DNA from: Thermoanaerobaculia bacterium | GTDB taxonomy: Bacteria > Acidobacteriota > Thermoanaerobaculia > Gp7-AA8 | Reading direction: 5' to 3' | Length of the DNA stretch: 61,733 nt | NCBI GenBank assembly: GCA_017883265.1 | Contig: JADGNX010000002.1 | Coordinates: 1-61,733 of the forward strand | Shown: positions 46,466-55,890 of the stretch, piece after piece | Layout of the letters: each line of letters starts with the position of its first letter | How positions within the stretch are numbered: position 1 is the stretch's first letter | Position numbers and translations under genes: made by a program | Notes under the pieces: generated by a model | What the model was told of the DNA's origin: nothing | What the model saw: only the letters and a program-made list of their open reading frames with translations | Database searches by the model: none

Positions 46466-46918
46466 ATGAGAAAAATAGCTCTTGGGTTCGCTGTGCTCAT
46501 GGTTGCCGCAGTCGCACTCGCCGCCGATCAGAGAGGACCCGAGATCACCCCACCTTCCGTTGGTGAGGATTGGCTCCGCCTTTCGAGCACTGAGAAGCTC
46601 TTCTGGTCCATCGGTTACGCGCAGGGATATCAGGAAGCGCTCAACAAGATCGACGTCTCCGCCGGTCCCAACTCAGTGTGCGCCGGCCTTGCCGACCGCA
46701 CAGAGAAACAGACCTCGACGGCGGGTAAGATGAGCGGTTTTGAACTGGTGTCGGGCCTTGAAAAGTTCTACGCCGATCCGGCAAACCAGCTGATCCCCGT
46801 TGGATCCGCGGTCCGAATCTATCTGCTTCAGTCGAGCGGGAAGGATCAGACTACGATTCAGGAACTGATCGAGACCGCGCGGATGCTCGGGGCGCAGGCC
46901 CGCCGCGCCACCAAGTAG
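46466..46918 (+). CDS. Hypothetical secreted protein
   Basis: Signal peptide MRKIALGFAVLMVAAVALAAD. No family recognised. Confidence 0.5.
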   Translation: MRKIALGFAVLMVAAVALAADQRGPEITPPSVGEDWLRLSSTEKLFWSIGYAQGYQEALNKIDVSAGPNSVCAGLADRTEKQTSTAGKMSGFELVSGLEKFYADPANQLIPVGSAVRIYLLQSSGKDQTTIQELIETARMLGAQARRATK

Positions 46919-47069
46919 CCGTCAATCCTTCAGATCCGGCGAGGAAGGGGCGTACAGCTCCGCGTCACTTAGGCGCATGATGCGCTGCTGTGCCGGAGCT
47001 GCTATCCGGCCTGGTTGATCCAGGATCGTCGTCAGAACCTGGCGGCGCGTTCGACGTAAACATCCTCAC

Positions 47070-48176
47070 ATGGCTGGCATCCGCGACTGGTTCGAGCTCG
47101 GATTGACGACGATCCGCTCGCTCAAGACGAGCGACGTGTCCGATCTGTATGCGCTCGAATGGCCGGCAGCAGTCGACCAGCTCACCGCCGATCACCGCGG
47201 GGCCATCGATCGTGAGCCGAAAGCATTCAAACGCCTGATTCGCACGAACAGCGCCGTGATGTACGGGCTGGCCAAGCGGCTTTCGCCGATCCGGCGTCTG
47301 CTTTTCGTACTGGCCAACGTGGCCTTCATCGTTTCGGTGGTAGGGATCCTGACGCATGCCGGCGTCAGATTCTGGGTCTGGGACTCGCTTCTCTGCTCCT
47401 TCTTTCTCTTGACTCTGCTCCTCGGGATGGAGCTGATCGACAAGCTGAAATTCCGCGACGAGCTCGAGCTCGCCCGCGAGCTGCAGGCTGGTCTCATTCC
47501 CAAGATCCTGCCGACATTCGCCGGCTTCGAGCTCGGCGCGTTCAACGCCATCGCCAACACTGTCGGAGGCGACATCTACGACTTTGTTCCTCTCAGCGAC
47601 GGAAGGTTGGCCGTCCTTTTCGGAGACGCCTCCGGTCACGGGATGACCGCCGGTCTGGTCATGGCGGTGGCCCACGCGGCCTTCCGGACCCAGTTGGACA
47701 TCGATGCCTCCCCCTCGGCGATCATTGCTGCCCTCAACCGCATCCTCTGCAGGACGGGCAGCAGACGGTCGTTCTTCTCGTCCTGTTATCTCGTGGTCGA
47801 GCCTGACGGATCCTTTGTCGCCACACTGGCCGGCCATCCACAGATCATCCGGGTCAATGCGGCGGGTAAGGTCGTCGACCGGCTGGGAACCGGTTCCTAT
47901 CCCCTCGGCATCAAGTCGGATCTGGTATGGCAGAGCATCTCGGGCACTCTCGCGCGCGGCGAGTCGCTGGTGCTGCACAGCGACGGTCTGACAGAGGCCA
48001 GAAACGAGGCGGGCCGGGATCTGGGCGATGACTACCTCGAGAGCGTCATCGGATGGTTTCCGAACGTCTCGGCTCCCGAGCTGGTCGAGTCGATCGTGAG
48101 CGAATGGCGCAGCTTTACGAACCGCCGGCCGCCCGAAGACGACGTCTCTGTCGCCGTGATCCGCCACGTCGGTTGA
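47070..48176 (+). CDS. Membrane-anchored PP2C/SpoIIE-family protein phosphatase
   Basis: Two TM helices, then GGDIYDFVPLSDGRLAVLFGDASGHGMTAGLVMA, LVLHSDGLTEA and DDVSVAVI. Confidence 0.85.
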   Translation: MAGIRDWFELGLTTIRSLKTSDVSDLYALEWPAAVDQLTADHRGAIDREPKAFKRLIRTNSAVMYGLAKRLSPIRRLLFVLANVAFIVSVVGILTHAGVRFWVWDSLLCSFFLLTLLLGMELIDKLKFRDELELARELQAGLIPKILPTFAGFELGAFNAIANTVGGDIYDFVPLSDGRLAVLFGDASGHGMTAGLVMAVAHAAFRTQLDIDASPSAIIAALNRILCRTGSRRSFFSSCYLVVEPDGSFVATLAGHPQIIRVNAAGKVVDRLGTGSYPLGIKSDLVWQSISGTLARGESLVLHSDGLTEARNEAGRDLGDDYLESVIGWFPNVSAPELVESIVSEWRSFTNRRPPEDDVSVAVIRHVG

Positions 48177-48242
48177 GGGGTGTATCGCCCCGTGCCTTTC
48201 GCACCTCCCGACGCTGGCCATCCTCCCCCACGGACCTGCCGC

Positions 48243-50531
48243 CTACTCTTCGTTGAGCCTGCGAAATCCGGAAGAGAGGATGGTAACGCGCTTGACGTAG
48301 TTCCGGGTTTCAGGGAAGGGTATCGACTCGAGGAGCTCGTCCATCGGACGCCGGTTCGAGCGCTTCCATCTCATGACGTTTCCCTGACCGGCGTTGTACG
48401 AAGCCACGGCCAGCTGCACGTTCCCGTCAAAGAGATCGATCATGTGTTTGAGATGGTAGGTTCCCAGCTCGATATTGAAGTCGGGGTTCTCGAGGCGCGA
48501 CGTGCTGAATGAACCGCGGAGCCGGTTTCCCAGCTCGCGGGCCGTGGCCGGCATCAACTGCATCAGCCCCATGGCTCCGACACTGGAGTGCGCCTTCGGG
48601 TTGAACGCGCTCTCCTGGTGGATGAGAGCCATGACCAGATAGGGATCGAGCCCGTTCTTCTTTGCGTGCTTCCGGATCGTGTCGACATACTTCGCCGGGT
48701 AGTACATCTTGAGAAAATAGGGGGGCACTTCATCCTGCTCGGCTGTGGCCAGCTTGGGGAAAGCCAGCTTGAGATATCGGTACGCGAGCTCGTAGAGACC
48801 GTTGCTGTTGTATAACTCTCCGAGCAGGGCGTTCGCATAATGCTGGTTGGTACGACTGGCGTTGCGCTGGATCTCGACGCGCGCATCTCGGGCGTCGGAC
48901 AAGGCGTTGAGCTCGTAGGCCAGCCTCAGCTCGGGCGGCATCTCTCTCTCGGCGATCTGCTGCCAGTCCTCCCTGGCCTTGAAACGTGGCGCCGGCGCTC
49001 GCTTCGCTCCCCGAGCCTCAGACTCCAGGGCGTAGAGATCGTAATACGGCACGGTCAGGAGTCTCTGATAGATCGCCGCCGCACTGGCCTTATCGCCGAC
49101 CCGCTCGGAGGCACGCGCATACCAGTAATCGGCCTGGCGCTTGATGTTCGGGCTTCGGTAGCTCCTGGCGATGAAGTCGAGGAGGGGGCGCGCCGTGGCC
49201 ATGTCTCCGCGCAGGTACGCTGCCCAGGCCTGATCCCAGAAGTGTTGCAGGCCGGCTTCGGTCGACGGATCAACGGCGGCCATCTGCGTGATCAGTTGCT
49301 GTTCGTAGCCGTCCTGATGCTTCGCCTCGGCGACAGAGATCAGGGCATTCAGCGTTTCGATCTTCGTCTCAGCATCACACGGAAGAGCCAGAAGATCCTT
49401 GAGCCGCTCTACGGAGAGGTGATCGTAGTTCTCCTTGCGGGCTTTGGCCGCCAGGTCGATCAATTGCACCGTCCTCCGCACATTCGCGAATTTCGGCTTC
49501 AGGAGTGGCTTCTTCTTCCCTTTCTGCTTTACCTTTACTGTGCCGACCTGCCTCCTCTCGACGATCACCTTGTTGACGATCGGGTTGATCGAATTGCTCA
49601 GCACGCGGTAATTCCTTGCGCTCTGCCTGAGCGCGGGAATGGCGTAACGGTACGGACCGGAACTCAGCATCTCGAGCTGCCGATTTGAATCGTCAAAGCG
49701 TCGCAACTGAGCGAGGGCCAGTCCCCGCTGCAGTTGCAAAGAGCTCTTCAGCTCACCGGCCGCAGAAGAGGAGGCGTCGAGCGAGTCCAACTCCCCGAGG
49801 GCATTGGCCGGATCGCCATCACGAAGGAGCGACATGGCCCGATCGAGGCGCTCGGCGACGGTCAGCGGGAGCGGCGCGCCCTGGCCCGCGTTATCCAGGC
49901 TTCGCAGCACGGCCACGGCGCTGGCGGCCTGAGTAGACCTGGGCTCGTGGACGACGATCGCTTTCGCCGCGTCAGCAACAGCCGAAAGGTTTCCGTCGTA
50001 AAAGCTGGTCTCTACGGCTTGCCAGTTCGCATTGCCAGCTATGGCGGGCGCAATCGAGCTCTGCCCCAGCGCGCTGAGAGTTTCTGCTGCGTGGTGCCAG
50101 TCCTCTTCACTCCCGTAGAGCGATCCCAGATTGAGCCCGACATCGTCCGAATATGCCATCCTCGGATGCCGCGACCACAAATCGGCCAGCGTCATCCGCG
50201 CAGCATTGCGGTCGCGCTGCAACTGGTGTCCCTGCGCCAGAAAATAGAGTCGATACTCTTCAATGGCTCGGCTGCCGAACGTAATCGTTCGGAAGTTCTG
50301 CACGGCGACAGCTCCCTCGCCGCGCTGCAGCGCATCCACACCAGCCTCAAAAGAGGGTCGTAGCTTTTCGAGATCCGGGGGTGCCGCCGGTTTCGGCGGA
50401 GGAACGAGAGCCTCGCCGCGCTCGGCCCGTTGGCAGGTGCATAAAACGAGTACAGCGACGATGGCGAAGGCGGAGCAGAGTTGCCACGCCATGCGTGGCA
50501 GCGCCGACGGGTGCGCGGCAGGGGACGGCAT
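48243..50531 (-). CDS. Slt70-like lytic murein transglycosylase with superhelical N-terminal domain
   Basis: Catalytic region LVMALIHQESAFNPKAHSSVGAMGLMQLMPATA and YNAGQGNV. An alternative start lies at 50492. Confidence 0.85.
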   Translation of the reverse strand: MPSPAAHPSALPRMAWQLCSAFAIVAVLVLCTCQRAERGEALVPPPKPAAPPDLEKLRPSFEAGVDALQRGEGAVAVQNFRTITFGSRAIEEYRLYFLAQGHQLQRDRNAARMTLADLWSRHPRMAYSDDVGLNLGSLYGSEEDWHHAAETLSALGQSSIAPAIAGNANWQAVETSFYDGNLSAVADAAKAIVVHEPRSTQAASAVAVLRSLDNAGQGAPLPLTVAERLDRAMSLLRDGDPANALGELDSLDASSSAAGELKSSLQLQRGLALAQLRRFDDSNRQLEMLSSGPYRYAIPALRQSARNYRVLSNSINPIVNKVIVERRQVGTVKVKQKGKKKPLLKPKFANVRRTVQLIDLAAKARKENYDHLSVERLKDLLALPCDAETKIETLNALISVAEAKHQDGYEQQLITQMAAVDPSTEAGLQHFWDQAWAAYLRGDMATARPLLDFIARSYRSPNIKRQADYWYARASERVGDKASAAAIYQRLLTVPYYDLYALESEARGAKRAPAPRFKAREDWQQIAEREMPPELRLAYELNALSDARDARVEIQRNASRTNQHYANALLGELYNSNGLYELAYRYLKLAFPKLATAEQDEVPPYFLKMYYPAKYVDTIRKHAKKNGLDPYLVMALIHQESAFNPKAHSSVGAMGLMQLMPATARELGNRLRGSFSTSRLENPDFNIELGTYHLKHMIDLFDGNVQLAVASYNAGQGNVMRWKRSNRRPMDELLESIPFPETRNYVKRVTILSSGFRRLNEE

Positions 50532-50585
50532 TTCTGAGAACGTTGCGAAATTCGGGCCGCAGACGCCCGGACCTGGCGAGAGAGA

Positions 50586-52040
50586 CTACAACCCGAGCGC
50601 CTCAGCGTTGCCGTCGGCCAGAATCCTTACGAGCTCGTCGTAGAAATAGTTCGACACTTTTCGTATGTCTTCGGAAATCCGCTCGTCGTACATCTGGCGG
50701 CTTCGATCGATATCATCTTTCATCCGTTCGTACAGATCGCGATTCTTACGTCCTTGATCGACCTTCGACTCGTTGTAAAGCTTGATCTCGGAGACGAGCA
50801 ACCGGGCGAAACGTCGCGCCTCATCATGGCGCTTTGCTTCGTCGTCATGCGCCGCTGCTGAAGCGCCTGCGCGACTGAGTCCCTGAGGCGGGATGAACTG
50901 GGTCGAGGGTCGATCCACGCCCGCAGTGTGGGCTGCTGCCGTCGGCGATGCAGACGGCGGGGTTGGTGGTGGCGGCGGTGGGGGGGGAGCCGCAGCGGTC
51001 CGCGGCTGCACGGCGCCAGGGCCACCCATCATCTGCCGAATCTGTTCGGGGGAAATGGCAACAGTCGATTCCGAGGCCGGCGCCGACATGGAAACTGTTG
51101 CAGGCGGCCGAGCGGGAGGCGCGGAGACAGCGGGCGGTGCGGGCGGGCGGGCGGCGGGGGCGGAAACAGAAGGCGCCGTGGCCGGGCGGGCGGGCGGGGC
51201 GGAGACCGGGGGCGGCGCGGGAGCTGGTGTCTGCGTCGCCGGAGCGACAGCTGCCGGCGAGCTCTGAGGAGCTTCCTCGGCCGCGGCGTCGCTCGCGGAG
51301 AGGGTCGGTGAAGGAATGCGCTTTCGCAACGCCAGGGTGTCGATGAGGAGGCCTGTGGTGAAGACCAGTAACTCGATCGCCGCTTCATCGAAGTGGGCTA
51401 CGTCGTCTCCGACGGCATCGACGTAGACAACCGCGGAGATCTTGTCCTTGATGACCATGGGAACGACCAGAGCGCGGTCCGAGGTTGCGACGCCGAAACG
51501 GGCTGACAGGTCCGCGCCGTCCCAGCTCACCGATCGCTCCTCGCGAAGCATTTGATCGAGGCGGGGAGCGGTGCCCGGAGCGGCGGTAAATCGCTTGATC
51601 GTCTCGTCATTCCCGCCGTGGGCCGAGAACCCGACACCCTTCCAGCCGGTGAACGTATCGTTCTTGACGATCAGCAGTGCGGCACGAGAGCCGAAACTCT
51701 GTGACTGCTCGAGCAGGGCATTGAGGACATCTACCTGAGACTTGCCGCGTTCGACAGCCTGCACCGCCGAGCGGAGACGGCTGGCGTCGGCTGGCGTCTT
51801 CTCTGCCGGGGGCTGTTCGGGCGGAAGTTGCTCGAGCTCGGCAATGGCGCTTCTGACCTGCGGGGGGAAGGCGAACGCGTTGACGTCGGCCTGAACGCTC
51901 TGCAGAGCGGCTTTCAGCTGCTGATCGACGGCGATCCGGATGTCGTCGACCGACGATCGCAGCTCCGTCACCATCCGGGCGATCGACTCCCGAACGTGTG
52001 TCTCGATCGTACTCGAGACTTCCTCACCCCTCACGGCCAT
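50586..52040 (-). CDS. Conserved hypothetical: coiled N-terminus, GAF-like domain, Pro/Ala-rich linker, conserved C-terminal KLYNE-type helical domain
   Basis: GAF-like ...RAALLIVKNDTFTGWKGVGF...ALVVPMVIKDKISAVVYVD. Linker with VSAPPARP repeats and P8. C-terminus ARRFARLLVSEIKLYNESKVDQGRKNRDLYERMKDDIDRSRQMYDERI. Confidence 0.65.
   Translation of the reverse strand: MAVRGEEVSSTIETHVRESIARMVTELRSSVDDIRIAVDQQLKAALQSVQADVNAFAFPPQVRSAIAELEQLPPEQPPAEKTPADASRLRSAVQAVERGKSQVDVLNALLEQSQSFGSRAALLIVKNDTFTGWKGVGFSAHGGNDETIKRFTAAPGTAPRLDQMLREERSVSWDGADLSARFGVATSDRALVVPMVIKDKISAVVYVDAVGDDVAHFDEAAIELLVFTTGLLIDTLALRKRIPSPTLSASDAAAEEAPQSSPAAVAPATQTPAPAPPPVSAPPARPATAPSVSAPAARPPAPPAVSAPPARPPATVSMSAPASESTVAISPEQIRQMMGGPGAVQPRTAAAPPPPPPPPTPPSASPTAAAHTAGVDRPSTQFIPPQGLSRAGASAAAHDDEAKRHDEARRFARLLVSEIKLYNESKVDQGRKNRDLYERMKDDIDRSRQMYDERISEDIRKVSNYFYDELVRILADGNAEALGL
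51096..51206 (-). repeat. Imperfect tandem repeats encoding (V/P)SAPPARP units
   Basis: Protein PPVSAPPARPATAPSVSAPAARPPAPPAVSAPPARPPATVS. The plus strand shows reiterated GGGCGGGCGG(G/A)GC blocks. Confidence 0.4.
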
Positions 52041-52093
52041 CAATCCTCCAACTGCTTTAATTTGAGCACCGTCGAAGGCGGTTCCGGTCCGCG

Positions 52094-52123
52094 ATTATCG
52101 AACTCGCCTTCTCCGGGTGTCAA
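52094..52123 (-). promoter_or_regulatory. Near-consensus sigma70-like promoter for the 50586-52040 gene
   Basis: Minus strand reads TTGACA (52123-52118), an 18-nt spacer, then GATAAT (52099-52094). GGAGGA lies just upstream of the start. Confidence 0.45.
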
Positions 52124-52169
52124 GAAAGGGCGGTACGCCATACCGGCGCGAGACCGCTCGGCTGAGCCA

Positions 52170-53504
52170 TTATCGGCCTTTGCCGAGGTAATCGAGCGCG
52201 ATATGTGACAACGCGCGAACCCCGAGGAGCAGACCGCTCTCGTCGATGTAGAAAAGCGGAGAGTGATTCGAGGCCGCATCCGCTTCCCTGACGTTCGCAG
52301 GACGGGTGCCCAGCCAGAAGAAGAGTCCGGGCACCTTCTCCTGATAGAACGAAAAGTCCTCAGCACCGAGTACGGGACGCGTCACCAGGGTCGAGGACTT
52401 TCCGGCGACCGCCTCCAGCGTCGGGGCCATCCGGCTCGTGAGGGCGGGATCGTTGTACGTGATCGGGTAGCCGGTCTCGATCGTCACGTCCGCTTTAGCG
52501 CCCGCCGACTCGGCAATCTTTTCGGCAGTCAGGCGGACTCGATGGTGCAGTTCGTCGCGCATCGCCTTATCGAGCGAGCGGAGCGTGCCGATCATTTCCA
52601 CATCGTCGGGAATGATGTTGTTGCGAACCCCTCCCCGAATGACTCCGATGGTCACGATCGACGGAGCCAGGCTGGAGTCGAGCTGGCGGCTGGCTACCGT
52701 CTGGAGCCCCAGTACGATCTGAGAAGCGACAACGATCGGATCGACGCCGAGCCAGGGATAGGCGCCATGAGTCTGCTTGCCGTGGACCTTGATCGTGAGT
52801 GTGTCGACGGCGGCCATGGCGCCCCCTGAAACATAAGCCACCGTGCCAACGGGAAATCTCGAGGTCACGTGCAGGCCGAAAACTGCGTCCGGCTTCGGGT
52901 TCTCGAGAGCGCCCTCCTTCACCATCAGCTTCGCGCCCCCTTCCTCACCAGCAGGCGCTCCCTCTTCGGCCGGTTGAAAAAGGAACTTCACCGTTCCCGG
53001 AATCTCCTTGCGGATTGACGACAGCACATCGGCAACTCCAAGGAGGATTGCCACGTGTGCGTCATGACCACAGGCGTGCATCACACCGACTTCGGAGCCG
53101 TTGTAGGAGGTTCGGGCCTTTGAGGCGAACGGAAGGTCCACCTGCTCGCTGACCGGGAGCGCGTCCATGTCGGCACGAAGCGCTACGACCCCTCCGGGCT
53201 TTCCACCTCGCAGAAGTCCCACCACACCTGTATGGGCGATCGGAGTCTGAACCTCGATCCCCAGGGCTCGCAGCCTGTCGGCAATCAGCTTCGAGGTCCG
53301 GAACTCGCGATTTCCGAGCTCCGGGTTCTGATGGATGTCGCGCCGGCAGGCAATCACGCTCTTTTCCACCTCGAGCGCCCGTTCGTCGATTCGCTTCGAG
53401 ACCGCTTCGTCCATCTTCGTCTCCGCGGAGACCGCCCCGAGTTTCAGCGTCATCATCATCGCGGCCAATGCAATGACCAATGCAGGTTTTCGAGTGTGTC
53501 TCAC
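52170..53504 (-). CDS. M20D-family amidohydrolase (N-acyl-amino acid/hippurate hydrolase-like), secreted
   Basis: Signal peptide. CRRDIHQNPELGNREF, ALRADMDALP, MHACGHDAHVAILLG, FQPAEEG. Confidence 0.88.
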   Translation of the reverse strand: MRHTRKPALVIALAAMMMTLKLGAVSAETKMDEAVSKRIDERALEVEKSVIACRRDIHQNPELGNREFRTSKLIADRLRALGIEVQTPIAHTGVVGLLRGGKPGGVVALRADMDALPVSEQVDLPFASKARTSYNGSEVGVMHACGHDAHVAILLGVADVLSSIRKEIPGTVKFLFQPAEEGAPAGEEGGAKLMVKEGALENPKPDAVFGLHVTSRFPVGTVAYVSGGAMAAVDTLTIKVHGKQTHGAYPWLGVDPIVVASQIVLGLQTVASRQLDSSLAPSIVTIGVIRGGVRNNIIPDDVEMIGTLRSLDKAMRDELHHRVRLTAEKIAESAGAKADVTIETGYPITYNDPALTSRMAPTLEAVAGKSSTLVTRPVLGAEDFSFYQEKVPGLFFWLGTRPANVREADAASNHSPLFYIDESGLLLGVRALSHIALDYLGKGR

Positions 53505-53568
53505 GGCACAAGTATACGTACCTGGTCTCCTTGACGCCCTCGTCCTGCATTCCTACAATGCCGCGGCC

Positions 53569-54534
53569 TTGACTCCCCCCCTGCCACGTCCGGTAACAAG
53601 CGTCGTCGACCTCATCGGCAACACCCCCATGCTTGAGTTGACTCGGATTCCAACAGCCCGCGATGCTGCGATTTTCGCCAAGCTCGAATTTCTCAATCCC
53701 GGCGGCTCGGTCAAGGACCGCATCGGGATCGGCATGATCCGGAGCGCCGAGCGCGATGGCCGGATCAAACCAGGGGGCACGATCATCGAGCCGACCGCCG
53801 GCAATACCGGAATCGGGCTCGCTCTGGCGGGCGTTCGTCTCGGGTACAAGGTCGTTCTCTGCGTTCCGGATAACTTCTCGATGGAGAAGCAGGAAGTCAT
53901 GCGCGCCCTCGGCGGAGACGTCGTCCTCACGCCAGGCGATGATGGAATCCGTGGGGCCATTCAGAAAGCGGAAGAGCTGGCTGCATCAACCCCGAACTCC
54001 TATGTCTGCCAACAGTTCCGAAATCCCTACAACAGCGAAGCGCACTACGCGACGACCGCGCCGGAGATCTGGGAACAGATGGACGGCGAGATCGACGCCT
54101 TTGTCTGCGGCTCCGGTAGTGGCGGAACGTTCACCGGGGTCGCGCGATACCTGAAGGAGAGAAATCCGAAGCTGTACGCGGTGATTGTCGAGCCGCAGGG
54201 CTCAGTCCTGCAGGGGGGCGACCCAGGTCCACACGAGGTCGAGGGAATCGGCTCCTCATTCATTCCGCCGGCACTGGACATGTCCCTGGCCGACGAAGTG
54301 ATGATGATCCGTGACCCGGAGGCATTCGCCATGGTCGCCCGTCTGGCCGCGGAAGAGGGAGTTCTCGGCGGCTCTTCTTCCGGAGCGAACGTGGCAGCAG
54401 CGCTCCATGTGGCAGGGCGGCTCGGAGCGGGCAAACGCGTGGTGACCCTCATTCCCGACGCTGCGGAGCGCTATATGTCGAAGGGCATCTTCTCGAACTG
54501 GAAGAAAGGTGTGCCCGCCGATCCCGCCGATTGA
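53569..54534 (+). CDS. Cysteine synthase / cystathionine beta-synthase-family PLP enzyme (start uncertain)
   Basis: DLIGNTPMLEL, NPGGSVKDRIG, EPTAGNTGIGLA, GSGSGGTFTG. The TTG at 53569 avoids overlap with the divergent M20 gene; alternatives are GTG 53494 and ATG 53473. Confidence 0.82.
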   Translation: MTPPLPRPVTSVVDLIGNTPMLELTRIPTARDAAIFAKLEFLNPGGSVKDRIGIGMIRSAERDGRIKPGGTIIEPTAGNTGIGLALAGVRLGYKVVLCVPDNFSMEKQEVMRALGGDVVLTPGDDGIRGAIQKAEELAASTPNSYVCQQFRNPYNSEAHYATTAPEIWEQMDGEIDAFVCGSGSGGTFTGVARYLKERNPKLYAVIVEPQGSVLQGGDPGPHEVEGIGSSFIPPALDMSLADEVMMIRDPEAFAMVARLAAEEGVLGGSSSGANVAAALHVAGRLGAGKRVVTLIPDAAERYMSKGIFSNWKKGVPADPAD

Positions 54535-54639
54535 CAACCATTTGCAACGATGACGGGCGGTCGCTGAACGGCTGGGGTCCGAAGAAGACATGGATCGCGT
54601 ATCGTTGACCGGCTCGTTTACCAGTTACGGAGAGACATC

Positions 54640-55779
54640 ATGGGATTCGCCACGGACTGCATTCACGCCGGACAGGAACCGGAGGCCGTCACCGGCGCGG
54701 TCACCGTCCCGATTTTTCAGACTTCGACGTACGTCCAGCCGCGCCTGGGTGAGCACAAGGGCTTCGAATATGCGCGCACGCAGAATCCGACACGTGCGGC
54801 GCTGGAAGGGAACCTGGCCGTTCTCGAGCGCGGCAGGCAGGCCTACTGTTTCGCCTCCGGGATGTCCGCCATCGATACCGTATTTCGTCTACTGAAATCG
54901 GGCGATCACGTCATCGCTGCTGAGAACATGTACGGCGGCTCCTATCGTCTTTTCAGCCGGGTCCTGGAAAAGTTCGGGTTGCAGTTCACCTACGTCGATA
55001 CCTCGTCGACTGCCGCCGTGGCCGCCGCGGTACGACCAGCGACGCGAGTCCTCTTTCTGGAAACTCCGACCAATCCGATGATGACGCTGACGGACATTCC
55101 AGCCTGCGTGGCGATCGCCCGGGCTCACGGCATCCTCGTAGTCGTCGACAACACGTTTTGCTCGCCATATCTGCAGCGTCCGATCGAGCTGGGGGCGGAT
55201 ATCGTCGTCCATTCCACGACGAAATTCCTCAACGGCCACTCCGACTCGGTCGGTGGAGCCGTCATCACCGCGACCGATGAGCTGGGCGAACAGATCCAGT
55301 TCCTGCAGAACGCTGTGGGAGCGATCCTCTCGCCGTTCGATTCATGGCTCGTTCTACGCGGCACCAAGACCCTCGCTCTCCGCATGCAGTGCCACAATGC
55401 GAACGGCATGGCCATGGCCACCTACCTCACGAATCATCCGAAAGTGAAGAAGGTCTACTACCCCGGACTCCCGGATCATCCGCAGCACGCGCTGGCGAAA
55501 AAGCAGATGAACGGTTTCGGTTCGATGATCTCGTTCGAGCTGGGCTCGAAGGAGAATGCAGCTCTGTTCCTCAATCGGGTCCGTCTCTGTTCCCTGGCCG
55601 AGTCGCTCGGCGGCGTCGAGACTCTCATCTCACATCCGGAGACGATGACGCATGCATCAGTGCCGATCGAGACGCGCAAACGCCTCGGGATCACTCCGGG
55701 CCTCGTTCGCATCTCCGTGGGGATCGAGGACGTCGAGGACCTGATCGCGGATCTCGAGAACGCATTCGACGCCATCTGA
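54640..55779 (+). CDS. Cys/Met-metabolism PLP enzyme (cystathionine gamma-synthase/gamma-lyase family)
   Basis: TDCIHAGQEPE, YARTQNPTR, HSTTKFLNGHSDSVGG, SLGGVETLISHP, RISVGIEDVEDL. Confidence 0.88.
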   Translation: MGFATDCIHAGQEPEAVTGAVTVPIFQTSTYVQPRLGEHKGFEYARTQNPTRAALEGNLAVLERGRQAYCFASGMSAIDTVFRLLKSGDHVIAAENMYGGSYRLFSRVLEKFGLQFTYVDTSSTAAVAAAVRPATRVLFLETPTNPMMTLTDIPACVAIARAHGILVVVDNTFCSPYLQRPIELGADIVVHSTTKFLNGHSDSVGGAVITATDELGEQIQFLQNAVGAILSPFDSWLVLRGTKTLALRMQCHNANGMAMATYLTNHPKVKKVYYPGLPDHPQHALAKKQMNGFGSMISFELGSKENAALFLNRVRLCSLAESLGGVETLISHPETMTHASVPIETRKRLGITPGLVRISVGIEDVEDLIADLENAFDAI

Positions 55780-55890
55780 GCGCGGTGGCCGGCAACTTCG
55801 CCAGGACGTCCGGCCTGAGGGCCGTATCGGCATGCCTGAGCGGATTCGTCGCTTCCTCTGCCGCCGTTTTCGTCCGCTACAATACGCGCC

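Noticed and set aside
46965-48221. 418-aa ORF antisense to the PP2C phosphatase gene
   Set aside because: The plus strand carries the SpoIIE catalytic motifs (GGDIYDF, DASGHG, SDGLTE). The antisense frame carries none.
50859-51311. G-rich reiterated DNA, considered as a CRISPR-like or VNTR locus
   Set aside because: The repeats are short, imperfect and in-frame within a continuous ORF (a Pro/Ala linker). There is no spacer-repeat periodicity. It is kept only as a coding low-complexity repeat.
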